From Octopus vulgaris (lineage: Eukaryota): a stretch of DNA of 64,000 nucleotides. The DNA lies in contig OX597816.1 of assembly GCA_951406725.2 (NCBI GenBank), positions 75,020,001 through 75,084,000 on the forward strand, given 5' to 3'. This document shows positions 27,170 through 38,246 of this stretch, piece by piece; the stretch's first letter is position 1, and each line of letters begins with the position of its first letter. A model generated the notes under the pieces. It did no database searches. It worked only from the letters and a program-made list of their open reading frames with translations, and had not been told where the DNA came from. The position numbers and the translations under genes are program-made.

Positions 27170-27243
27170 GCAAAGGAATGATGATTCTATATTGGTCCGT
27201 GTTGCTGAAAGCAATGATATTGTTACAATATACTGACCTTTGC
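27170..27243 (+). ncRNA. SNORD18: snoRNA U18 copy 2
   Basis: Intact C, D' (CTGA) and D boxes, 12-nt 28S guide and 7-bp terminal stem. Confidence 0.9.
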
Positions 27244-27535
27244 TTATTTGAAGATTTGTATCTTAATTTCACTTAGAGCCCAACAAATACCTCAAATTCA
27301 CTGTTGTGTTTTAGCAAATTGTAGTGCTAGCAGCAACAAGGTATGGTGATTCTATATTCGTTGTGTACATAAATTACCTTCAGTCTCATGAGGTTTCATA
27401 GTAGTAGCTAATTCATTGTTACTTGGGTACTAATCAACGGCAGATTTGGGGTAGGGGAGGCCGAGATAATAATTGGAATTAGAACATGTAGGAATGGTCT
27501 AGGGAGCTGTTACCTTTGCATGAGATTGAGATGTA

Positions 27536-29609
27536 CCGTAAATCCTCAGGTATAGTCCACCCTTGAGTATAATACACGGGATTTTTAGGGAGCTGTGCCT
27601 CTGAAAGACCTGGACTTTGTGTATAATACGCACCCCATCTCTAACTTGAGTCGAGGTCTATATAATGTCCTTGGTCTGTAAAAATGTATGCGGTAACATC
27701 CTTTATTATTGCTTTCTTTATCTTTGGCATCTGTTTAATTTCATCTTTATTTCTTCTCCATAACCTGACATTGCTTTCGTCAACATTAAATTTCCTTCCG
27801 GAGGCCCTATTACCATGCTCTTCAGCATATGATATAACTTCAAGTATGTACAGGTTTAAGTAGCGCTTATATAGAAACCCTAGTAGAGACCTACAGTAGT
27901 TCAAACATTTAATACTGATATTTAATTGTCTATTGTTTGCCACGGTATTGATGCAAACTGCCGATACAAACTATTTAGCTTTAAACTATTAAGCACAATT
28001 AGTGCGTAATTAAGCCAGCAGCACCTAGTCAACCAAACACTTCCACGCATGCATAATACAACAATGGTGATGTTGTTAACTGTTATATGAGGATGTAAAT
28101 ATGTTTGCAAATTGTTACATGCTACTCTGTGTTCTGAATACTTTTATTTTAATAAATGTTGCTTACTGCAAGAGGACTTCATTTCTTTTAAGGCTTAGCT
28201 TAACCCTTTCGTTACTAAGCCGGCCGAAAAATTTTTTGGTTCAAAGTACCAACCCGGCCGTTAGAACCCGTTGTTATTTAAATGTAAATTTGAACCCAAA
28301 TCTCATTGGTACATTCGTTAAAGCATGTGATTTCACATTGTAAATGGTTAAGTTATACTATCCGACATTGCTTGAAGTGATATCTCAACTCAGTGAGTTT
28401 TGGGAGATTTTTTTCCACATGTTTTTCGGCATCGATTTTTCTTCAACTTTGAAAATGGATAGGAGTTTCATGTTATCAAGCATTGATTCCAAATTTAAAG
28501 CTTTGTCAACGGAAAATAGGGAGATATCGAGAAAAAGAATGAAATAGGTACTAAAGCACGTGGTGTACAAAATAATGAATATTTTTTTATCCGAAAATGA
28601 AAGCAGCGCCTTCCAAAGAAACAAAGCGGCCAAGGCGACAGCGAAGACGATTTTACATCGGAATGAAGTAAAAGAACTTTTAAAATGTTTTTATTGGCAA
28701 TTTTTCTGAGGAGATAAAGTTTATCTATAGCCTTTCTTAGGAAGTGAAACCATTAGACTTTTATTTTTTTCAGTATGCTAGTTTGAAGCGATTACTTCGG
28801 AAACAAACTTACGCAGATTGTAAACAAACCCAAAATCGGGGTTCAAAGTTTGGGAAATTTGTGAAGCAAATACTGGGTACTGCATGGATTTAGTTTTTAT
28901 ACAGGGAAAATAATGTTAGTCAGCATGGCCTAGGGAACGATGTGGTCTGGAATTTATCACTTCCATTCCATAACCAGGGCCGTATTATTTTTTGACCGAT
29001 TTCTTTAGTTCGGTCAAACTTACGGTGGATTCCAGTATTTCATTTTATTCCACCTTTATGGTACACCTGTTGTGCATTAAATTCAACTGATGATCTAGTG
29101 ATGTGCACAATTCCTCTTTATCGAAATTTTGTTGCATACCCATTTGACTATTAGCTGATGATTCATTTTCTATAATGATGTTTAAACAAAATTTTAATTT
29201 TTTACCTTTTGCTCAATTTAAAATTTTAATATTTTTACCTTTTGCTCAATTTACCTGGATTTACCTGTAATTAAAGTCACTTTGAGACGAAAGTTATGCA
29301 ATAGAATTGATTAAGAACCCTTCCTTTAATTATGTTCCAAATATCACATTAAAATGTTGATAAGTAAAAAAGTTAGTTATTTAATGAAACAAGCCTAAAT
29401 TCATGATTATTTTAGAATTTAATTGAAACTCATGAGGGGTGTATTTTGGTCAGAAATATAATAACAAAAGGGTTAAGGTATTTTCACGTCTGACATCACG
29501 AAATGTGTCAGACATTGCTTAGAAAATATTTTTCATTTTTAACCTCGTATGTTGTACGCACTAGGGATTTTGACCTTTAGGTGGGGGTGTTATACTCCGG
29601 GATTTACGG
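27536..29609 (-). mobile_element. Pogo/Tigger-like (Tc1/mariner superfamily) non-autonomous DNA transposon
   Basis: TA|CCGTAAATCC ... GGATTTACGG|TA termini. Minus-strand remnant 'EVISYAEEHGNRASGRKFNVDESNVRLWR' resembles a Brinker/pogo-type HTH. Confidence 0.8.
28204..29472 (+). mobile_element. piggyBac-like element (decayed transposase) nested in the pogo-like element
   Basis: TTAA|CCCTTT ... AAAGGG|TTAA termini. Frameshifted transposase-like fragments 'GFKVWEICEANTGYC' and 'HGLGNDVVWNL..PFHNQGR' at ~28800-29030. Confidence 0.85.
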
Positions 29610-29833
29610 TATGCACACATCAGACTATAAGGAAATAAAGCAAGCATGATCAGGCAGAAATGAGCTGGGAAGTATGGCCAAGCTTTGAGCCATTATTGTA
29701 ATGAAGTTTCGCTCTTTGATGGGCTAATGTGTGATGAGGGAAAACCATTTGTCAGTTATGGGTTTGTGCAATTTCATTTTGGTATGGATAAGCTTGATAA
29801 CTAAGTGGTTGGAGTCTTGAAGCAATTAATCTT

Positions 29834-29907
29834 GCAAAGGAATGATGATTCTATATTGGTCCGTGTTGCTGAAAGTAATGATATTGTTACAATATACTGA
29901 CCTTTGC
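29834..29907 (+). ncRNA. SNORD18: snoRNA U18 copy 3
   Basis: Same architecture as copy 2. Confidence 0.9.
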
Positions 29908-30541
29908 TTATTTGAAGATTTGTATTTTAATTTCACTTAGAGCCCTATAAATGCCTCAAATTCACTGTTGTGTTTTAGCAAATTGTAGTGCTAGCAGCAA
30001 CAAGGTATGGTGATTCTATATTCGTTGTTGTGTACATAAATTACCTTCAGTCTCATGAGGTTTCATAGTAGTAGCTAATACTTTGTTACTTGGGTACTGA
30101 TGTATTCTATTATAATTGCAAAACAGAATCACGGAGAAATCTGTGTAAGGTTAAATAATAAACTGCAATTGTAAAGAAATAGAGCAAGCACGATCTGCTG
30201 AATGTGATGAGACCAGAAATCAGTGGGGGGGTTAAGTAATTAGATTTAATGAGGCTCCAGTGTGTGTGTGGATCAAAGTGCAGTAGAGAAGGGGGGGGGC
30301 TGAGCATTGGATCTCACGAAGGAATGTGGTAAATAGTAAAATACTGTTAAAGAAGTCCTGCGCAGGCATGGGAAAACAGGTCTGGCCAAGCTTGGAGTCA
30401 TTATTGTAATGAAGTTTCGCTCTTTGATGGGCTAACGTGTGATGAAGGAAAACCATTTGTCAGTTATGGGTTTGTGTAATTTCATTTTGGTATGGATAAG
30501 CTTGATAACTAAGTGGTTGGAGTCTTGAAGCAATTAATCTT

Positions 30542-30615
30542 GCAAAGGAATGATGATTCTATATTGGTCCGTGTTGCTGAAAGTAATGATATTGTTACAA
30601 TATACTGACCTTTGC
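30542..30615 (+). ncRNA. SNORD18: snoRNA U18 copy 4
   Basis: Same architecture. A LINE insertion starts ~15 nt downstream. Confidence 0.9.
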
Positions 30616-30629
30616 TTATTTGAATATTT

Positions 30630-31071
30630 AGTTAGTTAGTTAGTTAATTTGGATCAAAAGCAAATAGCAAGGCCATGTAGGGGGACATGGAGTTAAGTAC
30701 AGGGTGGTGTTCATGTAAAGAGTTCAGGCCACTTGAGGTCAAGGGAGGCTTTGAACAAAGCGGTCGTCGGCATCTTCACCATCTCGTCTGGCAGCTTGTT
30801 CCACGGATCCGCAACCCGGACGGAGAAAGCTCCTCTCCTTCGACTGAGATGAAATCGTCACAGGTAGAGCTTTTCGGAATGACCCCGCAGCCGACGCTCT
30901 GGAGCAGGAGTGAAGAACAGCTCTTTCGAGAGGTTACACTTTCCGCTTATGATGTTGTGGGCAAGAATGGGATCACCACGGCGGCGGCGTTTTTCAAGAG
31001 AATAAAGGTCGAGCGTCCTCAGCCTTTCTTCGTAGGACAAATTTTTGAGACCATGAACCATGCGGTATCTT
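30630..31071 (-). mobile_element. 5'-truncated CR1-like LINE fragment with (TAAC)n tail
   Basis: ORF2 C-terminus 'LSYEERLRTLDLYSLEKRRRRGD...RGHS.KL...WNKLP'. 7-bp TSD AATATTT at 30623-30629 and 31072-31078. Confidence 0.88.
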
Positions 31072-31700
31072 AATATTTGTATCTTAATTTCACTTAGAGC
31101 CCTATAAATGCCTCAAATTCACTGTTGTGTTTTAGCAAATTGTAGTGCTAGCTGCAACAAGGTATGGTGATTCTATATTCGTTGTTGTGTACATATATTA
31201 CTTTCAGTCTCATGAGGTTTCATAGTAGTAGCTAATACTTTGTTACTTGGGTACTGATGTATTCTATTATAATTGCAAAACAGAATCACGGAGAAATCAG
31301 TGTAAGGTTAAATAATAAACTGCAATTGTAAAGAAATAGAGCAAGCACGATCTGCTGAATGTGATGAGACCAGAAATCAGTTGGGGGGGGGGGGTTAAGT
31401 AATTAGATTTAATGAGGCTCCAGTGTGTGTGGATCAAAGTGCAGTAGAGAGGGGGGGGCTGAGCATTGGATCTCACAAAGGAATGTGGTAAATAGTAAAA
31501 TACTGTTATAGAAGTCCTGCGCAGGCATGGGAAAACAGATCTGGCCAAGCTTGGAGTCATTATTGTAATGAAGTTTCGCTCTTTGATGGGCTAACGTGTG
31601 ATGAGGGAAAACCATTTGTCAGTTATGGGTTTGTGTAATTTCATTTTGGTATGGATAAGCTTGATAACTAAGTGGTTGGAGTCTTGAAGCAATTAATCTT

Positions 31701-31774
31701 GCAAAGGAATGATGATTCTATATTGGTCCGTGTTGCTGAAAGCAATGATATTGTTACAATATACTGACCTTTGC
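31701..31774 (+). ncRNA. SNORD18: snoRNA U18 copy 5
   Basis: Same architecture as copy 2. Confidence 0.9.
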
Positions 31775-33359
31775 TTGTTTAAGGATTTGTAACTTAACTT
31801 CCCTTAGAGCCCTAGTAAACTAATCATGTTGCTTGTGCAGTGAACTGATTTTGAGTGTGTATATTGGTTTGATATATTGCAAACTAGTAAATTGTGCTAG
31901 CTGCAACAATGCATTGGAATGTGAGACTGTTGTATATAATTGATGCAGAGGTGTGGTAATTCTATATTGACTGTTTTATATATTACCTTCAAAAGCTCAG
32001 AAGGCTTCGTGAAAATAGCGAAGTTTGTTACTTAGAAAATCTAATCAGCAGTGGGGTGGAGTCTGAACTGTCATAATTGGGATTGAAATGACCCATAGAG
32101 CTATTTACCTTTACTGACTTTGCTGGGATCCTCTGCATGAGAGTGAAATGTGTGAAATTTGCAAAGGAATAAAGCAAGTATAATCTGCTGAATGTTGGTC
32201 AATGCAGAAATAAGCTGGTGTGGATTAGTGGGTGCAATGACAAGGGAAATCTGGGCATTGGATCTCACAAAGAATTGCAGCAAGTTTGGGAAAACACTCC
32301 TTACTGGTCTAAATAACTGGTGTTTTTTTCCCCTGTTGGTTACTTAAAGTGGAGTTAGGATTAGAATGCAACAGGTGCTTATCATGGCTCTAAAGAAAAC
32401 TACAAAGGAAGTTTTAGAGTTTGGCACATTGGAGAGTGCTGTCAATGTCCTGACACTTGTGTTTTGTGCTTAGAACAGTGATCTTTTGTGGAGGTTGTTG
32501 ATATTTTTTTTATGATTGTCTACCTGGTCTAGAACAGTGGTTCCCAACCTGGGGGCCACAGAAATGCTGAGTGGGGGGGGGGGGTCCATGAGATAAATTT
32601 AAATTTTCATGTATATACATAAAGATAAGCCATGTTAAAAGTGGTCTGGGAAAACTTGATTAAATAAAAGGGTTGGGAACCACTTCTCTGGTGGTTCCCA
32701 ACACATAGTCCACTGTCAGTGATGCAGGGGAATTATCTTGATATTTGTCTCTGCTGTTGACAAATCATAAAATGTGATATTCTGACATTTACTTCAAGAT
32801 GGTCCAATTTCTAACCAGAATGATTTTGCTGTGTTCTGTATGTAAATAAATGATGGTGGTGGTGGTGTGTGTGTGTAAAACAAAAAAGTACATTAAGTGG
32901 TCAGATTAGTCAAAATTTGCTGTGTGTGTGCAGACTTCATTGGAGAAGGGCTTGCAGTTGTCATGCATGCAAATTTTCTTTTTCTACAGAAGTGTTTGTT
33001 GCTGCTGTCAGAATGGAATATGGTGCAAAGCATCTTCTTCCCTCTCCTGGATTGGTACATTCTGTTTAATGTGGACAGAGATATTGCTTTGCAATATCCT
33101 GAATTGGCTTCTTGCGCTGAGTGATATAATCACATTTGGTTATAGTCTGCTTTGGCTGAGGCAGGTTAGAGCTGGTAGTTTGTTTGGGGCAGGAACACTT
33201 TTCTAAATAGATTACCTGTGTGTTTTCAATTTCTTAAATAGTAAATTTAGAGGCTTCCGTTGTCTGGCAGGTTGCAGTAGTTTTGCTATAATCTTAGGTT
33301 TTCTCCTTGATGCTCTTTAAGTTCTGTCTTTACAGTTATTCATGATTTTCTTGTTACAG

Positions 33360-33519
33360 AGTGAGGTTAAATAGATACAAATTAAAGAAAAACCCATTGA
33401 AGAATTTCCGAGTAATGGTCAAGTTGAACCCATATGCCGCTGCCATGAAGAGGAGTGCTATTCTTTCTCAGAAGATCCAAAAGATTAACAAAGAAAGAAT
33501 GCTTGCTAAACGCAAAGTG
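33360..33519 (+). CDS. RPL4: RPL4 exon 8 ([31 protein letters not shown]...KRKV)
   Basis: KKNPLKN...KLNPYA motif of the uL4 C-terminal domain. Confidence 0.96.
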
Positions 33520-33618
33520 GTAAGAATACTGTACTTTGAATAATTATTATATTTGCTTTTGGATAAATGTTCCTGACTTTACACCATGTGATGTTACTAT
33601 TATTTTATTTCATTTCAG

Positions 33619-33858
33619 GTGGAAGGTACTGTTGGTTTCAGGAAAAGGCCTGTGAAGTTAAGAGCCACCAAGAAGGATGGTAAGATTATCAGGAAGGCGA
33701 AAACAGTAAAACAGATTCGCAAGCGTTCTACTAAACCTTCGAAAAAAACTGATAGCAAGGCTGCAAAAAAGACTGACAGTAAGCCCGTGAAAAAGGCTGC
33801 AACTGCACCTGTGAAAAAGGCTGAAACCAAGCCTGCAAAATCAGTTGCAGCTAAGTAA
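33619..33858 (+). CDS. RPL4: RPL4 exon 9, Lys/Ala/Pro-rich C-terminal tail ending in TAA
   Basis: tttcag| acceptor in phase, basic tail typical of metazoan uL4, AATAAA 22 nt after the stop. Confidence 0.9.
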   Translation: MEGTVGFRKRPVKLRATKKDGKIIRKAKTVKQIRKRSTKPSKKTDSKAAKKTDSKPVKKAATAPVKKAETKPAKSVAAK

Positions 33859-33879
33859 TTAATGTCAGTGTGCTGTTAC

Positions 33880-33885
33880 AATAAA
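33880..33885 (+). terminator. Proximal poly(A) signal of RPL4
   Basis: AATAAA shortly after the stop, followed by U/GU-rich sequence. Confidence 0.7.
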
Positions 33886-34468
33886 TAAGTCTTGAATTGA
33901 TTGGAAGCTTGCTTTGTCTTGTTTTATTAAGTGATGTTAGATTTTCTATTGTTCCAGTTGTTGTGGTTTGGGGCAGGACCATGTTATTGCATTTGAAATA
34001 CGTACTCGGAGTTACATGCATGACTACATTCAAGAAGTCTGCTTTCCAACCACGTGGTTTTCAGTTCGGTCTTACTTTCGGCAGGTGCTTGCAAACGAAG
34101 GGTGTGTTTATCTCAAAGTAACTCCTATCTGGATCGTACAGGCATTGAGAAAAGGAGGAGTAATGATTGGTACTGCGGCAGGGGCCTCTTGCATATCATT
34201 TGCTTTGTCTCTGGCCTGTGTTGCCACTTGGAACTGAGCCAACCATTTTTAATGTCTTAATAACTGAACTCTCTACTTGTGTTTTCATGGGATTCTATGC
34301 AATTGATCTGCTTGCTTTGTGAGATAGACTGCTGTGTCCAAATGCTTCAATGTACCTTTCACGTCCAAATAAGTAGGTTGGCCTGTTAGGGGTATCTGTC
34401 CTAGTAAAAGTATATAGCATAAATCTCAAGGAAAATGAATTGAAGGAGTTAACATTTAAGTGTATTAA

Positions 34469-34480
34469 AATAAATTTATT
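34469..34480. terminator. Palindromic AATAAATTTATT: a poly(A) signal on both strands
   Basis: The minus-strand AATAAA is 30 nt after the TPK1 stop. The plus-strand AATAAA could be a distal RPL4 signal. Confidence 0.6.
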
Positions 34481-34510
34481 TAGTTAAGTGATTGGGTGAA
34501 TTTTCTTCTT

Positions 34511-34626
34511 TCAGAATTTGAGATCCATGCACCAGAGTATGGGGCATTCTGTTTGCACTTCAACTAGATTTTCTGCATATGTATTGCTTGTGCTTACCAG
34601 ATGTCCAAATTCTAATGGTGCTTTAT
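34511..34626 (-). CDS. TPK1: TPK1 last exon (DKAPLEFGHLVSTSNTYAENLVEVQTECPILWCMDLKF*)
   Basis: FG.LVSTSN motif. TGA at 34513-34511. Confidence 0.94.
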
Positions 34627-37600
34627 CTGCAAAATATAGAAATGTAAGAGATCACATAATTCTAGGTTTAGGTTGGGGTGTGAGTGAGTTAGTGCTTCGG
34701 TAGTTTATAACAAAGCAAGCAAAATAGTCCCACGTTGTTATTTCATAACATGACATATATACAAGAGAGCAGGCTGTGAACCTGTATCTTTGTTAGTACA
34801 TTTATCTGGCCGTTTTTTGTATAATTGGTAATAGGTTTAATGACTACAGTAAAGTGAATCTAAACTGGTGCATTTTTAAATTTAATTTTATGGCTTACAT
34901 GAGGAGTAGTGCTCCTCAGCCATTAGTAATATTAGCTCTTTCACCAACAATTTAAATAATTTTGATAAACAATATTAAAAACCTATGTTATACAGATGAC
35001 TCAGCTACCTGTAAAGTGCACTACCAAACTTGGTTTATCATAATCAGGCATTTTGTACTTCATTCTTTTGTCCAAAGACTTGAGATACTAGTATTAATGC
35101 ACATGTGATCTATATACCTTCGGTCAAAATTTGTTCAAGGCAGTTGAATTGAAAGTTATACAGAAAACTGCTTAACATGCCTGGAGTATCAAGGGGCAGA
35201 TACAGAGCAAATTAAAATGCCAGAAATGCTTAAAACTTTGGTTTGCTAAAGGCGGAATGTGTGTGTGTGGTGACAAGCTTAGTGCTTTAGCAAATTTTAT
35301 GGATGGATTTGTAGTGGCACTGGAAGACTTAAGTGCACAGACTAGTGATAAAGCTCTTTTCATCATAATTTATGCTCCAAACACTAGATTAATTTTCAAA
35401 ATGAATCGAATCGAAGGCAGAGCATTTCGATAGACAATAACAAAAGTGTTAAAAGGGAGATAATTCTTCCACTTCTTTAAGGTAGTAATGAATTATTTTT
35501 TTCTTTGGAATGGTTTGAAAATTGTAATTAAGCAAAAGAACTCTGACTTTGATCTAATGTTTAACTGCACCTCGGTGATACAAGTTGATGTGTTTGTTGC
35601 ACTGAGTAACAAATGTAGAGTTTAATAACAGGAATCTTCTTCCTACAGATTACATAAAGGATATGGTGTGGTTATCAGCATCTGTTGAGGATAAAATGAC
35701 GTGCAAATTCTAGCCATGCTTAATGTTTCAAGATAGGGAAGGGTTGAAGCTGACTTCTGTATTTAGAATTTCTATTGAAAAAATGTTTAAAGAACTGGGT
35801 TTGTGCAAGAAAACCTAGTGTCTTGAAACCTTAATAATGATTATAGAGGGATGTATGGACAACAATAATGTGGTTACAAACTTCACTTTGTAGCTGAGTA
35901 TTAAGAGGGTCCTGTCCTACAGTGTGGCATCTTAGACAAATTTTTTACTGTAAGTTCCGATGCTTTCTGGGTGGAACTAGTAAGCAAAGCGTACAGTAGC
36001 CTGTCAGATATGTATACACACATGGATGTTGACAATGTTTTCATTAATAACATCTAAACAAAGAAGACTGACATTGTTTACTTTCTTTACATTAAGGAAA
36101 TGTCCTTTAGTTCAGTAAATATTTGAAAACCAGTTGAATGATACTACCCTTGAAAAAATAAGGCTGGGGTAACCATCGGAAGAGCACCTGGTCGTTGAAG
36201 AAAAGATGAGACGTAGGAGTGGCTGTGTGGTAAGTAGCTTGCTTACGAACGACATGGTTCCGGGTTCAGTCCCATTGCGTGGCACCTTGGGCAAGTGACT
36301 TCTGCTATAGCCTCGGGCTGACCAAGGCCTTGTGAGTAGATTTGGTAGACAAACTGAAAGAAGCCTGTCGTATATATGTCTTTGTCCCCCAACATCGTTT
36401 GACAATCAATGGTAGTGTGTTTACGTCCCCATAACTTTGCGGTTCGGCAAAAGAGTGATAAAATAAGTTCTGGGGTCAATTTGCTCGACTAAAGGTGGTA
36501 CTCCAGCATGGCCACAGTGAAAGAGAGATTTGACCGGACAAGCTGAAAGGGATTTCTAGAATCAAACAAAATTAATTAGAGAGGAACTTAAGCACTAGAA
36601 ACAGGCAACAGTGGTTGAGGTACATTATACGAAGCTATGAAGACAACAGATTACTACTTCAAGCACACCGTATAACCCCTCATAACGTTTTTGTTTTTAG
36701 GAATTTTCAGTAAATTTGGCAAATTTGTGGTCTACACACTGGAAATCATACAACTATGCAAAAACCAAAAAAAGGTTTTTTTGTGTGCAATTTAAAGGCT
36801 ATTTAGCTGTCATTTTTAGCACATCTCACAATCACCTGATACCCTCTTTGTTACTCTGATATATTGATGTCTTTTTCCCCATAAACACATTCCATTTTTT
36901 TTATTACTATTATTATTATTTATGTGCCCTTTTCAAGCCTAGCCAGGCACATGGGCCTGGTTTCTATGGCGTAGAAACTGGACAGGACAGGATGCCAGTC
37001 CATCGCAGTGTTACTCAAGAAACAGGAAGAAAGTACAACAGGGGTCGCCACCAGCCTCAAAGCCCAGTCTGGGAATCGAAACCGCGATCCTCCGACCATG
37101 AATATTGCGCTTCCACAAACACGTTTCATAGTCTTAGTCTATTACTGGGATTTAAAGCAAGAAATTCAGACTATTTTAAACACAGATTTTTTTTTCAAAT
37201 TTCAAAAAGTTTAAGAAGAAACTTTTTCGCTTTCATAGTTGTATGAATTTCCTTGTGTAGAACACAAAAGACTGTAATTTTCTGAAAATTCTCAAAATAG
37301 AAAAGTTATATGGTGTGCTTAAAGCAGAATTCCACCATAAAAACTTTATTTAGAAGCATTATTAGTTGAAGTATTTCTTGTTTTAAGATTTCATCTAGTT
37401 TGGATCTGACATCACTATGTGTAGAGTGAGATGGTAAGACTGACTGTCTTTACAGTCGGCGAGCTGGCAGATACGTTAGCATGCCGGGTGAAATGCTTAG
37501 CGGTATTCCGCCAAGGTCGACTTTGACTTTTATCCTTTCGGGGTTGACAAATTAAGTTACGCACTGGGGTCGATGTAATCGACTTAATCCATTTGTTTAA

Positions 37601-37770
37601 CCCCTTGTGGGCAATAAAGAAATAAGACCGTCTTTACAATTTGGGATCAATTTCTATGATTCAGCAAAGATTATGTCTAAACAGTTGCTGGATTTAAGAG
37701 GTCCAAACTGTACTGAGTTGTCTGTTAGTACTTTTTGATCACATGAAGACTGAATTAAAACTGAACTTAC

Positions 37771-37882
37771 CTAAATTCCATTTTAGCCCTGTTGTTGTTA
37801 TGCTGTTACACACACAACCAAGAGGAATCAGACCACAATGCGCACCTCTGAATTCACTATCAACTTCAATGCTGTTATTTCC
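37771..37882 (-). CDS. TPK1: TPK1 exon (GNNSIEVDSEFRGAHCGLIPLGCVCNSITTTGLKWNL)
   Basis: CGLIP.G...TTTGLKWNL motif of the thiamine-binding domain. Confidence 0.95.
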
Positions 37883-38246
37883 CTGTAATTTTAATTATAC
37901 ATACCAAGATGTTAAAATTTAGAAGGGTTTGATAAAGACAAGTGTTACTAATAGCACAAAAACCCATCAGTGTCAATTTAGAAGTTGTTTTTTATATTGC
38001 TTTGCGTTTCACTCTGTTGTACATTAAGCAAATGCTTCTTACTGTGGCTGCAAGCTAAACAATGCTTTATGAATGAAATTAATAGGTAAAAACTGAGAAG
38101 CCCATCATATATTTATGTGTGCACCAGTGTTCCTCAATCATTTTTTGCCTATGGACCCCTTTGATTCTTATTTAACTCTACTGGACCTTAAATAAACATT
38201 TGATGTTTAAAAATGTCCCATTATATTTTTATAGTTAAATATCATA

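Larger units (their letters stand above)
26540..32530 (+). repeat. Tandem array of ~0.6-0.7 kb U18-bearing cassettes in RPL4 intron 7
   Basis: Near-identical blocks begin 'gtattctattataattgcaaaacagaatcacgg' at ~26727, ~30102 and ~31259. U18 spacings are 611, 2664 (TE inserted), 708 and 1159 (LINE inserted). An older diverged unit lies at ~31800-32530. Confidence 0.92.
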
